Positions 48,970-59,436 of a stretch of 64,000 nt of DNA are shown here, piece by piece. The position numbers and the translations under genes were made by a program. The stretch's first letter is position 1; the number at the start of each line of letters is the position of its first letter. The DNA comes from Candidatus Poribacteria bacterium (GTDB lineage Bacteria; Poribacteria; WGA-4E; UBA9662): contig JAYGDX010000082.1 in NCBI GenBank assembly GCA_046582655.1, positions 27,586 to 91,585 of the forward strand, read 5' to 3'. The notes under the pieces were generated by a model, which saw nothing but the letters and a program-made list of their open reading frames with translations, was not told where the DNA came from and searched no databases.

Positions 48970-48999
48970 ATTATACATACAGTGAAAAAACTTTGTCAA
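48970..48999 (-). promoter_or_regulatory. Sigma70 promoter of the tRNA-secE-nusG-rpl cluster
   Basis: Minus strand TTGACA-18 nt-TATAAT, about 20 nt before tRNA-Thr(TGT). Confidence 0.75.
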
Positions 49000-49229
49000 G
49001 AATTTTCTCCTAAAAGTAAAGTCATTTATTTTCCAACCCCCTCAAAAAACTTCGTCTGTAGCACGTGTACGAGATATGATTTTACTTCGTTCCACCAAAC
49101 GAAATAAAAAATTGCACGTCGCAATGTGCATCACTCATAATACCTTAGTCCAAGTATAGTATCACCAAGATGATTGGCTATTTAGCAAATTAATTGTCGA
49201 TATCCACTTCGAAAATCAAATGACCTCAC

Positions 49230-52049
49230 TTAAAAAGTATGCCCAAGTGCAAGATGGAATTTACCGTCTAAATCCTGATCAATCGGAATCCCATAATCTA
49301 AACGTGCAGGTCCCAATGCTGTGTCTATTCGAAGCCCAAGACCAATTGCAGACCAAGGTTGATTCGCACGAATATTCTTAATCAAGTCACTAATGGTCTC
49401 TGGCTCGTTCCATATATCGCCTAAATCAAAAAATATTGCCGCACCAACTAGGTTGTATATGGGAAAACGAAGTTCCGTATTAAAGACGAACATCACGTCA
49501 CCTCGATGATCACCAGATTCATCTAAAGGTCCTAAAGACATCTCGGCATAGCCCCGAACCGTTGTGGCCCCTCCAACCCGAAACCGTTCAAAAGAAGGCA
49601 ACCTTACCTGATTTCGAAGCCCTTTTTCAAAGCCGAGCCGAATCGCACTGGCAAAAACCACATCAGCAACATTTCCATAAAATCGATGATCGGTTGTAAC
49701 TTTGACAAAGCTTGTTTTCCCTGACAACAGTCCACCAGCGTATTCAATCATAAACTCATTCAATTGACCATCTCGAGGACTGAAAAAATGATCGCGACTG
49801 TCACGGTGAAACGATAACCCGAAACTGCTCACCGTCGTTCCTAGTTCTCTTTTCTTTTGATGAAGTTCTTGATACTTGTATTGAACAGATAATTTATTAT
49901 TACCCCCCAGTCTTTTTATCAGACTTGCGATACCACCCCTCGCCCGCGTAATATCGCTGATTTCCTGAAGATTATCCTCAAAAACCCGAAATGTTCCTAT
50001 GGTATTACCCACCAACCAAGGTTCGATGAAAATTGTTTCATAAAGATTCCCCTCCGTCCCAAATCGGGCTCTGGTGCTTACTCTTAAATTCCGACCATAT
50101 AAATTATTATAATTTAAACCAAATGTTCCGCGAACGCTCTTAAAAGAAAACATTTCGCTTGAAGGATTATACCCGCCACTTAAACTGATTGATCCCGGTT
50201 TCCTTTCTTCAACCCGCACATTAACGTCAAGTATCTCTTTCTGATCAATTCTATCGGGCGTTCGGATGCTAATTGAGCGAAATAACCCAAGCAAAAAAAG
50301 TTTTCGCTTAGCATCCATCAATCGCTCAAAACTAAATACGTCCCCCTTTTCTAGCCCAGCGTTTTCAAACTCACGCTGTAGTACATGATCTTTCGTTTTT
50401 AGATTGCCATGAATGTAGAATTTTCCAAGCTTAGCTTGCTTATTCTCTGTAATACGATAAATGAGTTTTCCGGTCAATTCGTAATATTGGGGCTCAATAT
50501 TTGCGTAAATGTAACCTTTACGGTCATACAACATCTCCAATTTACGTTGGTCTTGTTCCACCAAATCCTTACTATAAGGCATATCTAGCCGAGCTGAAAT
50601 AATAGATATCAACTGATCTATATTAAAAATGGCATTGCCTTCAAAACCAAGATTATCAATTCGCTGCTGTGTTCCTTCATCGATTTCAAGTTGCAGGTGA
50701 AGTTGATTTGTTTTGGTATCAATGTGCTTTTCAGCTTTAATTCTAGCATCCAAGTATCCATTCTTCTTATAAAAAAGTTCAAGTGCTTTCCGATCTCTAT
50801 CGAAGGCCATTGGATCGAAAATCCCTTTGGGAAACAACCAACCTAAACTAGGAAGAAAGAAAAAACTGCGTTTCCTGGTTACTATCTGCTGCAGAAGATC
50901 TGAGTCACTAAAAGCTCCATTACCAACAAAATCAATTTTTCGGATTCGCGGCACTTTACCAAGATCAATATCAAAAGTGATTACAATTTCTTCTTCCGAT
51001 TCCCTTGTGACCTGAAACTCGACTTGCGGGTCGTAATAACCTTTTTGCTGATAGATTTGCCGAATTCGCTGGGCGTTACTTCGAAGGACATAATCAGAAT
51101 AATTGCCCTGCTTAAAAATTTCCAGTTTTTCGCGCAACACCTTTTTGTCAAAACCATCGCCAATTAGTTCAACGACGACTCTCCTTCCCTCAACTATATG
51201 AAAGGTCAAGGTGATCCTGTTAAGATTAACATCATACACCTGACTTGACGTAACCTGAACTGACAGATAACCTTCCTGACGATACAGTTCTCTGAGGCGA
51301 CGGAGTTCCTTCTCAACAGTTTTTTTCTGGTAGAATTGTTTACTTTTAATCTCTATGATGTTCTGGATATCCTTGTCACTGAGAGCAAGATTACCGACAA
51401 ATTTTATAGCCTCAATTGTTGCTCGAGCATACGGTACAATCTCAAAACGAAGGAGTATTTCGTCATCCACACGTTCTTTTGGTGGGACGCTGAAACGAAC
51501 ACGAGCATTGAAGTAACCGTAATCCATATAAAGATTGAGAATATGTTTTACGTCTTTCTGTGCGATTTCTTCCGAATATTCTTGTTCGACATTAGAACGG
51601 ATCCGCTCAAGAACAAAATCTCTGTCAAGAATATTACCGTCAAACTTAATCTCAGCAATCCGGGTTTTTGAAGTGAGTTGAAATACTAGTATAATTCCAG
51701 ATTCCGTCTTTTTTTCAACTGCTCTAACTTGCGAAAATTCGCCAATTGAGTATATTGCTTCCACGCATTGACGAATTTTGTAAAGGGAAATTGTATATCC
51801 ATATTCAATTTCAGTCTTATCGGTTAAAGCCTGCGAAAGAATCGAGGATTGGTCAAGAATTTCACCATTAAGCAGATATTCAATTTGAATCACTGGAAGT
51901 GTATCGGCACGCAACGATTCAATATGCAGAATCAGCAATACTAAGATAGATACAAACCTTATTAGGAGATAGGAAAGATTTAGGAAAAAACTCAAGAAAT
52001 TCCTAAAATTCCAGCTCAAGCTTGAGATCAATACCATATCGTTCCACAT
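49230..52049 (-). CDS. Omp85-family protein (BamA/TamA-like) with multiple POTRA domains; start uncertain
   Basis: Repeated Y...GY POTRA motifs, NLYGR, TVRGY, ELRFP, GPARLDYG and a terminal F. Confidence 0.92.
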   Translation of the reverse strand: MWNDMVLISSLSWNFRNFLSFFLNLSYLLIRFVSILVLLILHIESLRADTLPVIQIEYLLNGEILDQSSILSQALTDKTEIEYGYTISLYKIRQCVEAIYSIGEFSQVRAVEKKTESGIILVFQLTSKTRIAEIKFDGNILDRDFVLERIRSNVEQEYSEEIAQKDVKHILNLYMDYGYFNARVRFSVPPKERVDDEILLRFEIVPYARATIEAIKFVGNLALSDKDIQNIIEIKSKQFYQKKTVEKELRRLRELYRQEGYLSVQVTSSQVYDVNLNRITLTFHIVEGRRVVVELIGDGFDKKVLREKLEIFKQGNYSDYVLRSNAQRIRQIYQQKGYYDPQVEFQVTRESEEEIVITFDIDLGKVPRIRKIDFVGNGAFSDSDLLQQIVTRKRSFFFLPSLGWLFPKGIFDPMAFDRDRKALELFYKKNGYLDARIKAEKHIDTKTNQLHLQLEIDEGTQQRIDNLGFEGNAIFNIDQLISIISARLDMPYSKDLVEQDQRKLEMLYDRKGYIYANIEPQYYELTGKLIYRITENKQAKLGKFYIHGNLKTKDHVLQREFENAGLEKGDVFSFERLMDAKRKLFLLGLFRSISIRTPDRIDQKEILDVNVRVEERKPGSISLSGGYNPSSEMFSFKSVRGTFGLNYNNLYGRNLRVSTRARFGTEGNLYETIFIEPWLVGNTIGTFRVFEDNLQEISDITRARGGIASLIKRLGGNNKLSVQYKYQELHQKKRELGTTVSSFGLSFHRDSRDHFFSPRDGQLNEFMIEYAGGLLSGKTSFVKVTTDHRFYGNVADVVFASAIRLGFEKGLRNQVRLPSFERFRVGGATTVRGYAEMSLGPLDESGDHRGDVMFVFNTELRFPIYNLVGAAIFFDLGDIWNEPETISDLIKNIRANQPWSAIGLGLRIDTALGPARLDYGIPIDQDLDGKFHLALGHTF

Positions 52050-55000
52050 TTTGGTTTATCCTGTACCTCTCAGCGGCCACGGACATGTGTTTGTTAATCT
52101 GATATTCAACCTCTATATAGGGAGTATTTTCACTCAATTTATTTAGATAAGATATTTTATTTGAATAGGTGATTGCTAATCTCTTTGAAATTTCCTTTAA
52201 CCCTGCAGACTCAATTTTCCCACTTGGATCTATTGCTGAAATCGGATCATCAAGAATCAATAAAAAATCATTGCGCAGATCTAGAAGCGGATCGACCATA
52301 AGATTTCCATCAGCAAGAAAACCATCAAAACGGCCTTCAGGATCAAGAGGAGCAGTTAGGTTAACCCGAGCTTCACGAAGTCCCGCAAATCTGGCAACTG
52401 AATTTCCGACGAATCGTTCTCCCTGCCGAAGTATAACTTCTCTGCCACTACTGCTAATCGTATCTACGTCTGTTAGAGACAAAGATCCTGTGTCTCCAAA
52501 AGTCAGAATAGAGAGAATTTCCATTTGCGTGAGTGTCAGCTGATAATTGTCACCAATCTCGCTGTCCAAAATTTCCACTTCCAATTGGGGATTGTGGGAT
52601 TCATTTAAATAGCCACTCATATGTAATTTAACTTTTACATCCCTTGTATCCAGATTACGCAAACTAACATTTCGAATTGGCTCTGACGTCTCGGCGTAGA
52701 TTTCGTAATATGGTTCGAGCCGAAGTGGGTTGGTATTCTCTCCATATGACCCCTCTTTGATTGTAAATGGATGATCAATAGCAAAAACCTGGAATTCGCC
52801 TTCAAGTATATTAACCCGTCCGTTGTAGACGGGCCTTTGAATTGGGCCGACAACCTTACCATTTACTGACACCTTAATATCATTAAAGTCACCAAGATCT
52901 GAAACCATCGAAATGTTGTCTGGAGCAATAACATCTAGATCTAAACGGAGGTGGCGAATAATTGGATAGTCCGACAAGACTTCAAATTGAATCTCTGCCG
53001 ATTCTTGGTTAATCCATTCATTAGCCAATTCCCGCCAAGGGCGTTTATACCGACCATCAGCGACGCGAACAGTTCCTCTTACAACCGGCAGTTCGACCTT
53101 ACCTGTTGGAATGACATCGCCTATCATGGTCAGGTCAACACGGTCACATCGTACCCAATAGAGCTGCGGATTTTGAAAAATACAACCATCTCTTAATGTA
53201 GCCCAAGTATTTATCTCAGTTACATGCAACCATTCAGATTTAAGTGAACCACCAGCCGTGAATTTACCGCCGTTTAAATTGCCTTCAAGCCGGCGGATAG
53301 TAATCCCCTGATTGGTAAAGGTTGCATCTAACCGAGCTTGATCTACACTGATATACGTCTCCGGAAGTCGAAAAGCAACGTTACGCAGACTAGCTACCCC
53401 TTTCAACTGGGGAGAATAAATGCTGCCACCAATTGTCATGTTGCACATCCCAATTCCTGCAGTAAGACCAAATTGAGGGAAAATCATGGGTAAAAAATCA
53501 AGCGCCCTGATATCAATATCAATTCTACCCTCAATCGGCTGCGGCAATGGCAATACTATAGCGTCACGTATGGAAAGATTAAACGGAATTACTCCAGAAA
53601 ACAGAACACGATTTGAACCAATCGATAGTATGGCAAACTCTCTACCAACCTGCCACACTTGGTCTTGGTAGGTAATTTGGCCACTAAAATCATCAATTTC
53701 CGCATTGGCGATGGTCAGTGCCGAAGATTTAGCAGGAAACCACTCCAGTGTTACCTTTGGATTTGTGTCCGTACCATAAATCTGGAGGTTAGCGTTTAAT
53801 TTCCCGCGAATTGGATACTCAGGCGGAACCAGATTGGATAGGAAACTTATATCAAAATCCCGCATTTTCATAACGAAATCTAGGTTCCCATCAAGTTCCC
53901 AAAAACCTCTGCCCTCTAATTCCAGTGGATTGGTCATTGTCGCACCTGTGATATCCGTTAACAGAAACGATTGAACACGCAACTTACGATCCCGAAGCAC
54001 AACATTTACATTCTTATTATTGGCAACACGATAACCCAAACTTTCAAGAGTCAACTCCTCTATCTCAACATCACTCTTGGCATACGCAATTATATTTTGT
54101 AAATTAAAAGGAAGCAGTACTTGTGGTGTCCAATCGGTTACACTGCGACTAATAAATTTATTGATCGGTATTTCCAGTGTTCCACTAGCAGTTATTTTGC
54201 CACCAAGTTTGGGAAAAAATACTTCTGTCAAAAAACTTTGACTCAAATCGGCAATGCCTGCATTCTGAATCATAAATTTTTTAACTATAAAATCTGTTGG
54301 ATAGAGTCCATCTGTCATGAGTTGTATCTGAGCATCAAATTTACCTTCACCGATATAGCATGTAAAATTAGTAACATCAATATGCCCCTCGGCTGCTTTT
54401 GCGTATATACTTCCCCGTGAAATTGGCAGGGAATTATCAACGAACTGTAAATTTACGTTGTTGATTGAAAACTCTCCGTCAAGATAGGGACGGGCTGCTG
54501 TACCTTGTAACCTTAAATCAATGTCGGCCATGCCTCCACTTTTATCAATTTCAGGAAAAAACGAAGCGATAAAACCAAGATCAACCTGCTCACCACTTAG
54601 CTGCACATTGATTGGGACTTTGAGGAAACGGTCTGCCAAATCCACCTTATCCAGTGAAAGGTTAATTGGTATCTGCCCGGACAACTGTAGGCGGTTATTA
54701 TATCCAGCAAGCTCAGTTCCATGAATATTGAGTCGCTGGTCTAGATATGTGATCTTCCCCTTAAACTCGGGACTTTCATCTTTAAAATTAGCAGCAACGG
54801 TCCATGTTGCTTCAATATTTGGCTGAATGAGGTGATTACTGACATGAATTTGGCTATTTAGTACACCATTGATTCGGCTGGGCAAGTTTCCCATCGATAA
54901 AGCAACTGAGAGTGGAAGTTTATCTGTATTAAAGTATAGATCTAGATTTCCATCAAGATCTATCTCTCCGGCAATTTCCATCCAATTCTTTGACAGAGCA

Positions 55001-58000
55001 TCAGTTACTGATCGTGCTCGACCAAGTTTAATTGGTTCGACCTTAAATTTGCGGTCAGAAAAAGTACATCGTAATGGCTCAATTTCGGTTATCCGTTCAT
55101 CCGCAACCTTAAGATTCAAATTCTGACAAATGAGTTGCGCTGTTATGGTGTCAACCCTATTATCCAAACCCGCAACCGTAAGCCGCATATTGGTGTGCCC
55201 AGAAATAGGTGGTTGAGGTACACTCATCAAGTAGCTAAAAATATCGGTCAGATTGGCGTGATCGCCGCTGAAGGTAAATGCCCAACTACCAACTTTGGGG
55301 CGAAAATTGACCAGATTCACCTTACAGATTGCGTTATCAACACTGAAAAACCCATCATTGATTTGCCAGCTCGATCTTTCTGTGATAATTTGTATTTGGC
55401 CGGACGGCATACTGGAAATACTTATCAGCGCAAAAAGATCTTGGACGGGAATAGGAAAATCGAATAACTTCAACGATGTTCGATTCAAATCAACCACCGC
55501 GTCGATCGAAGGTTGACTTAAACAGTTCCCGATCTGGGCGTGTAGATCAAGACTACCTGACAGTTCAGATATTTCCGGAAAAAAGCGTGTTATCGACCCG
55601 ATCTGAAAATTGCTACTTTGAATCGAAATCTGTGTATCGTTTGCTGTTGAATCTGAAATGGGTGGGAGTTTCGTGCTTTGATTGACAATCGGCAATTCCC
55701 CCCACATCTGAACTTCATTTCCAAACAGGAGCAAATTCGTCGTGGGAATCCTCAGTCGATTACTTTCATAGAGAAGTTGTCCCTTTGCTCGCGTAACGTT
55801 GATGATACCACGCCCAGTTTTGACCTCCAAATTCGGTATAGACCAACTAAGTTCATATTTTGGATCTTCAAGATTTCTTTCGGCTTCAGTCGCCGTAACA
55901 TTCAAGCTGTAGCGAGCTAAACCGGAGAAAATGATTGGGATCTCAGGAAATAGGCCGGTAAGATTTTGGACTGCAAACTCGTTTGACCTGACTTTAACCT
56001 CCATATGCCTAGGCGAAACCGATGAATCCATGATACTAATTATTGGATCCCAATTTTGCGGGCTAGCGAGAATAAACGAATCAATATACCAAACATCACC
56101 TTCATAACGAATCTTTACCACTTCATCGTCAGGGCTAACCAAGCCCCCTGTATCAGATGAAACTCCAAATTTTGTCAAATCCATCTTCATCCTGACGGTT
56201 AGTGGATCAACTAATTTTCCTGTCATCTCAATTCTGCCATCCGCTACACCACCGAAACGATTCCTGAGCAATGGATTGATAATCGGAAGAATAAGTGTAG
56301 CATCTACACTCCGACCTTTGACAAAGATTTCATAAGGATTTGACTCTTCCATCCTAACTGTTCCATGTATTCGGCAAGTCTCATCGAAACCAAAGCCTTC
56401 AAAAGAAATCATCTCTTTGGTGAAGATACCAACTAAATTCACATCTAATAACGGATTCTGTGCGAAACTCACATCCGTAAAATCGCAAGTCAGATCGATG
56501 TGTGGTTCGCTTGTATGTCCCTTACCAACTGCATCGAGGATCATACTGGCATCTAGCTCAATCTCACCAAGATCCCTTGCAATAAGCAGTTCGTGAAGTC
56601 GCATCGGTTTGCTTCGAAAATCAATTTCATAGTCGAGTCTGTCCGTCACTTTCGCGTTCAAGATACCAGTTTGGGAACGGGAGGAAAGTTCAAAGTTCTT
56701 GATAATTGCATCATAACTTTCAATTTCAAGAGGGAGGGAAAGCGGATCAAACTTTAATCCCCATGCCTCTGCATCAGCAATTTCAAGTATCCCCCTTCCG
56801 TTTAAATCTTCAAGTGTGTTATCGAGAATCAGTTTCCCTGTGACTGTGCCTCGAATCGGATAATCGTTTCCAACCAGACGAATATAATCAGCAATCTGGA
56901 GAGGCTCAACGTATAGAACTAGATCAACAGGGATATTTCCAACTGGAAGGGCTTTCCCCTTTAATACCAATTGGCTGCTATTCTTTACCAGAAGTCCTTG
57001 ATCTATGTATACATACTCGTCTCGATATTGAAACGGGATCGTTAATATCCCAATGGGAACGTTAAAAAGTGACGCCTCGGGAACCTTGAACACACCTGTC
57101 AGATCTAAAGGAGAAATTTTACCAGTAACCTTTCCTTCGCCACCGAGATCGGGAATCCCGACAATCCTTGATAACTTATCAACATCAATTTTGGTGATTC
57201 GTAGATCGATGTCACGATCATTCGCTAAACCAAGTAGACCATCTAACCGAATTCGTGCTTCGTCAAGATTAGCCGTAGCTAACAACTGCCCCGATTTAAT
57301 TTCCCAATTGGCTTGAGACACTTTAATCCCAATGTCGTTTAGGCTGGCTTCATCGTAGACCAGCTCACCAGTCATCCGTAAATCGTTTGGATCAAGACCA
57401 TCCCCTTCAAACTGGACATGAATATTCACGTCTCCATCTGACCGTAGGAATGACCTCAGATCGTGTATCATCGGGAAAAAATCTATAGCTTGGCTATCAA
57501 CAAGATCAATCAAACCACTGTATTTAATACCATCAGCACCTTGATTTACTTCAGCATAACCAGAAATCTTACCACCAGCTAACTCTCCGTCAATCTTAGT
57601 TAGGCGTAAATGGTGTCGCGTAAACTGGGCACGCGTGGAGACATTCCGGATTTCTACTCTGTTTGCCCGCAAAAAGGGAAAAGTAACTGATAGTTGACCA
57701 TTGATTTCCTCTGCTAAGCTGCTGACGTTTATATTTATCCGCGCATTGCCTTCAATGATCTGATCCGTGTAAAATCTGGCAAGATCCTGAAAGTCAAGAT
57801 CCAAATTAACTTCTGCATCTAAGTTTTTCAAATCACTGGCCTGGCACGAAATGGTTAATGTTGAATTTCCAAACTCAACTCGCATCTGTTTGAGTTCCCT
57901 CAAGCCTTTGATCAGAGAAAATTGGGTCTGAATCCTCTCAATTTGTGTACGAACTCCATTAATTTCGAAAAACCCATCTTGGACGTCAAGACTACCAGTA

Positions 58001-58551
58001 TGTTCCCATCGTCTTAAAGGGCCTTGGATACTGCTAGAGATCCCGCTGATAGAGACTTTCAAATGACGCATTTTATCTTCCAGATTGAAGACACCATTCT
58101 CGATCCTAACATGAGAAATAAGTGGTTGAAATATGCTACTTGAAACATCATGGTTTTGCACTAGAAACAGTTTGGTCAGATTGATTTCCCCTTTTTCGTT
58201 AACTCGAATATTGAATTCAGGTCTTTTGATGTTCAACTTGGTAACCAGAAATTTGCCAAATAACAACCCCCAAAGTCTATACTTAAGTTCCACTGAATCG
58301 GTTGAAAAAAAACGAGTTTTTTCTGGCAAAAGATCGTGGATTTCCACCTGACCGATTTCAATTCCGCTGAGAACGTTGCCAGAAATCCGTCCAATTGAGA
58401 CGGGTTTGTTGATCTGATTAGCAACTTGCTCTTCAAGCAGCAAACGAATTTTCTGATGCACGTAGCCTGACTCCAGAAAGTAAAATCCACTGATGGATAT
58501 GCCAATGGTAACAACTATGATAATAATCAGAAATTTATTCCGTCTTTTCAT
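52003..58551 (-). CDS. tamB: TamB/AsmA-like translocation and assembly module protein
   Basis: N-terminal membrane anchor, long beta-rich repeats (GTAARPYLDG, GSIYSPQLKG), DUF490-like C-terminus (VEYQIN...GIDLKLELEF); adjacent to an Omp85 gene. Confidence 0.85.
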   Translation of the reverse strand: MKRRNKFLIIIIVVTIGISISGFYFLESGYVHQKIRLLLEEQVANQINKPVSIGRISGNVLSGIEIGQVEIHDLLPEKTRFFSTDSVELKYRLWGLLFGKFLVTKLNIKRPEFNIRVNEKGEINLTKLFLVQNHDVSSSIFQPLISHVRIENGVFNLEDKMRHLKVSISGISSSIQGPLRRWEHTGSLDVQDGFFEINGVRTQIERIQTQFSLIKGLRELKQMRVEFGNSTLTISCQASDLKNLDAEVNLDLDFQDLARFYTDQIIEGNARININVSSLAEEINGQLSVTFPFLRANRVEIRNVSTRAQFTRHHLRLTKIDGELAGGKISGYAEVNQGADGIKYSGLIDLVDSQAIDFFPMIHDLRSFLRSDGDVNIHVQFEGDGLDPNDLRMTGELVYDEASLNDIGIKVSQANWEIKSGQLLATANLDEARIRLDGLLGLANDRDIDLRITKIDVDKLSRIVGIPDLGGEGKVTGKISPLDLTGVFKVPEASLFNVPIGILTIPFQYRDEYVYIDQGLLVKNSSQLVLKGKALPVGNIPVDLVLYVEPLQIADYIRLVGNDYPIRGTVTGKLILDNTLEDLNGRGILEIADAEAWGLKFDPLSLPLEIESYDAIIKNFELSSRSQTGILNAKVTDRLDYEIDFRSKPMRLHELLIARDLGEIELDASMILDAVGKGHTSEPHIDLTCDFTDVSFAQNPLLDVNLVGIFTKEMISFEGFGFDETCRIHGTVRMEESNPYEIFVKGRSVDATLILPIINPLLRNRFGGVADGRIEMTGKLVDPLTVRMKMDLTKFGVSSDTGGLVSPDDEVVKIRYEGDVWYIDSFILASPQNWDPIISIMDSSVSPRHMEVKVRSNEFAVQNLTGLFPEIPIIFSGLARYSLNVTATEAERNLEDPKYELSWSIPNLEVKTGRGIINVTRAKGQLLYESNRLRIPTTNLLLFGNEVQMWGELPIVNQSTKLPPISDSTANDTQISIQSSNFQIGSITRFFPEISELSGSLDLHAQIGNCLSQPSIDAVVDLNRTSLKLFDFPIPVQDLFALISISSMPSGQIQIITERSSWQINDGFFSVDNAICKVNLVNFRPKVGSWAFTFSGDHANLTDIFSYLMSVPQPPISGHTNMRLTVAGLDNRVDTITAQLICQNLNLKVADERITEIEPLRCTFSDRKFKVEPIKLGRARSVTDALSKNWMEIAGEIDLDGNLDLYFNTDKLPLSVALSMGNLPSRINGVLNSQIHVSNHLIQPNIEATWTVAANFKDESPEFKGKITYLDQRLNIHGTELAGYNNRLQLSGQIPINLSLDKVDLADRFLKVPINVQLSGEQVDLGFIASFFPEIDKSGGMADIDLRLQGTAARPYLDGEFSINNVNLQFVDNSLPISRGSIYAKAAEGHIDVTNFTCYIGEGKFDAQIQLMTDGLYPTDFIVKKFMIQNAGIADLSQSFLTEVFFPKLGGKITASGTLEIPINKFISRSVTDWTPQVLLPFNLQNIIAYAKSDVEIEELTLESLGYRVANNKNVNVVLRDRKLRVQSFLLTDITGATMTNPLELEGRGFWELDGNLDFVMKMRDFDISFLSNLVPPEYPIRGKLNANLQIYGTDTNPKVTLEWFPAKSSALTIANAEIDDFSGQITYQDQVWQVGREFAILSIGSNRVLFSGVIPFNLSIRDAIVLPLPQPIEGRIDIDIRALDFLPMIFPQFGLTAGIGMCNMTIGGSIYSPQLKGVASLRNVAFRLPETYISVDQARLDATFTNQGITIRRLEGNLNGGKFTAGGSLKSEWLHVTEINTWATLRDGCIFQNPQLYWVRCDRVDLTMIGDVIPTGKVELPVVRGTVRVADGRYKRPWRELANEWINQESAEIQFEVLSDYPIIRHLRLDLDVIAPDNISMVSDLGDFNDIKVSVNGKVVGPIQRPVYNGRVNILEGEFQVFAIDHPFTIKEGSYGENTNPLRLEPYYEIYAETSEPIRNVSLRNLDTRDVKVKLHMSGYLNESHNPQLEVEILDSEIGDNYQLTLTQMEILSILTFGDTGSLSLTDVDTISSSGREVILRQGERFVGNSVARFAGLREARVNLTAPLDPEGRFDGFLADGNLMVDPLLDLRNDFLLILDDPISAIDPSGKIESAGLKEISKRLAITYSNKISYLNKLSENTPYIEVEYQINKHMSVAAERYRINQNVERYGIDLKLELEF

Positions 58552-59339
58552 TACCTTCGAAAATTCCAGCTTTCAGTAGAATACTTTGTTGATGCCAGTT
58601 GTTCTGCCATTTCTATTTCTTTAGGCAACAACTTACCTTCGTTGAGACTAAAACCCAATATTTTTTCAAAACCGTGTTGAATTGCTTGTTCAATCTCAGT
58701 CCGTAAAAATCTCCGTGACTGATGTTGATTAATACTAGTTGTCTTCGTCTGTAGCAGTCGTTCAAAGTCAGGTTGTTTTGAAACCACAGTCAGGATATCG
58801 TGGGATGGGATATCAAGCGCTATATAAACTTGGAACAAGAGTCCAGCCGAATTTCGGCGTTGTGCAATACCAGCAATTTTTTTACCATTAATCATCACAT
58901 CATATTTTGCAGGATTAGCAATACAAATGTTCGGAAGTGATGAATCCAAGGATTGATCATGCCGATTAACCCCAATACCAATTTCTTGAAGCCCCCTGAT
59001 TATACTATCGCTGATCGCTTGATATCCAGCCGAGATGTCACTTGGTAAGCCAGCATGCGATTTGGTTCTCGGAAACATGGCTGAAAAGGTAACATCCCAA
59101 CCATGAATTACCGTACCACCTCCAGTAATACGACGAACCAGATCAATTCCGAGATCATCACATTCTGAAGGGTTAATCTCTTGAGAAACATGCTGGAAAT
59201 ATCCAAACGAAAAAGCAGTTGATGACCAATCATAAAATCGCAACGTCGGACGAGAATCAGATTTCTGACTCAAAAATATGGCTTCATCTATCGCCATATT
59301 AATAGGAGCATCATTTGGGGGGGTCAGCAAAAGTCGCAT
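58551..59339 (-). CDS. Lipoate-protein ligase family protein (LipM/LplA catalytic domain)
   Basis: NMAIDEA, PTLRFY, VRRITGGGTVIH and KKIAGIAQ motifs. ORF is open to 59417. Confidence 0.9.
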   Translation of the reverse strand: MRLLLTPPNDAPINMAIDEAIFLSQKSDSRPTLRFYDWSSTAFSFGYFQHVSQEINPSECDDLGIDLVRRITGGGTVIHGWDVTFSAMFPRTKSHAGLPSDISAGYQAISDSIIRGLQEIGIGVNRHDQSLDSSLPNICIANPAKYDVMINGKKIAGIAQRRNSAGLLFQVYIALDIPSHDILTVVSKQPDFERLLQTKTTSINQHQSRRFLRTEIEQAIQHGFEKILGFSLNEGKLLPKEIEMAEQLASTKYSTESWNFRR

Positions 59340-59436
59340 TTGAATAGTCTTCTTAAATCTGATACAATAAGCTACCCTTGGCTCATTAAGAGTTTCAAGA
59401 TACAAAAAATTATACAACTAAAATTAAGTATGTGTC

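Noticed and set aside
48487..49230. tRNA cluster as a prophage or island integration site
   Set aside because: No integrase and no duplicated tRNA 3' end were seen, and the flanking genes are housekeeping.
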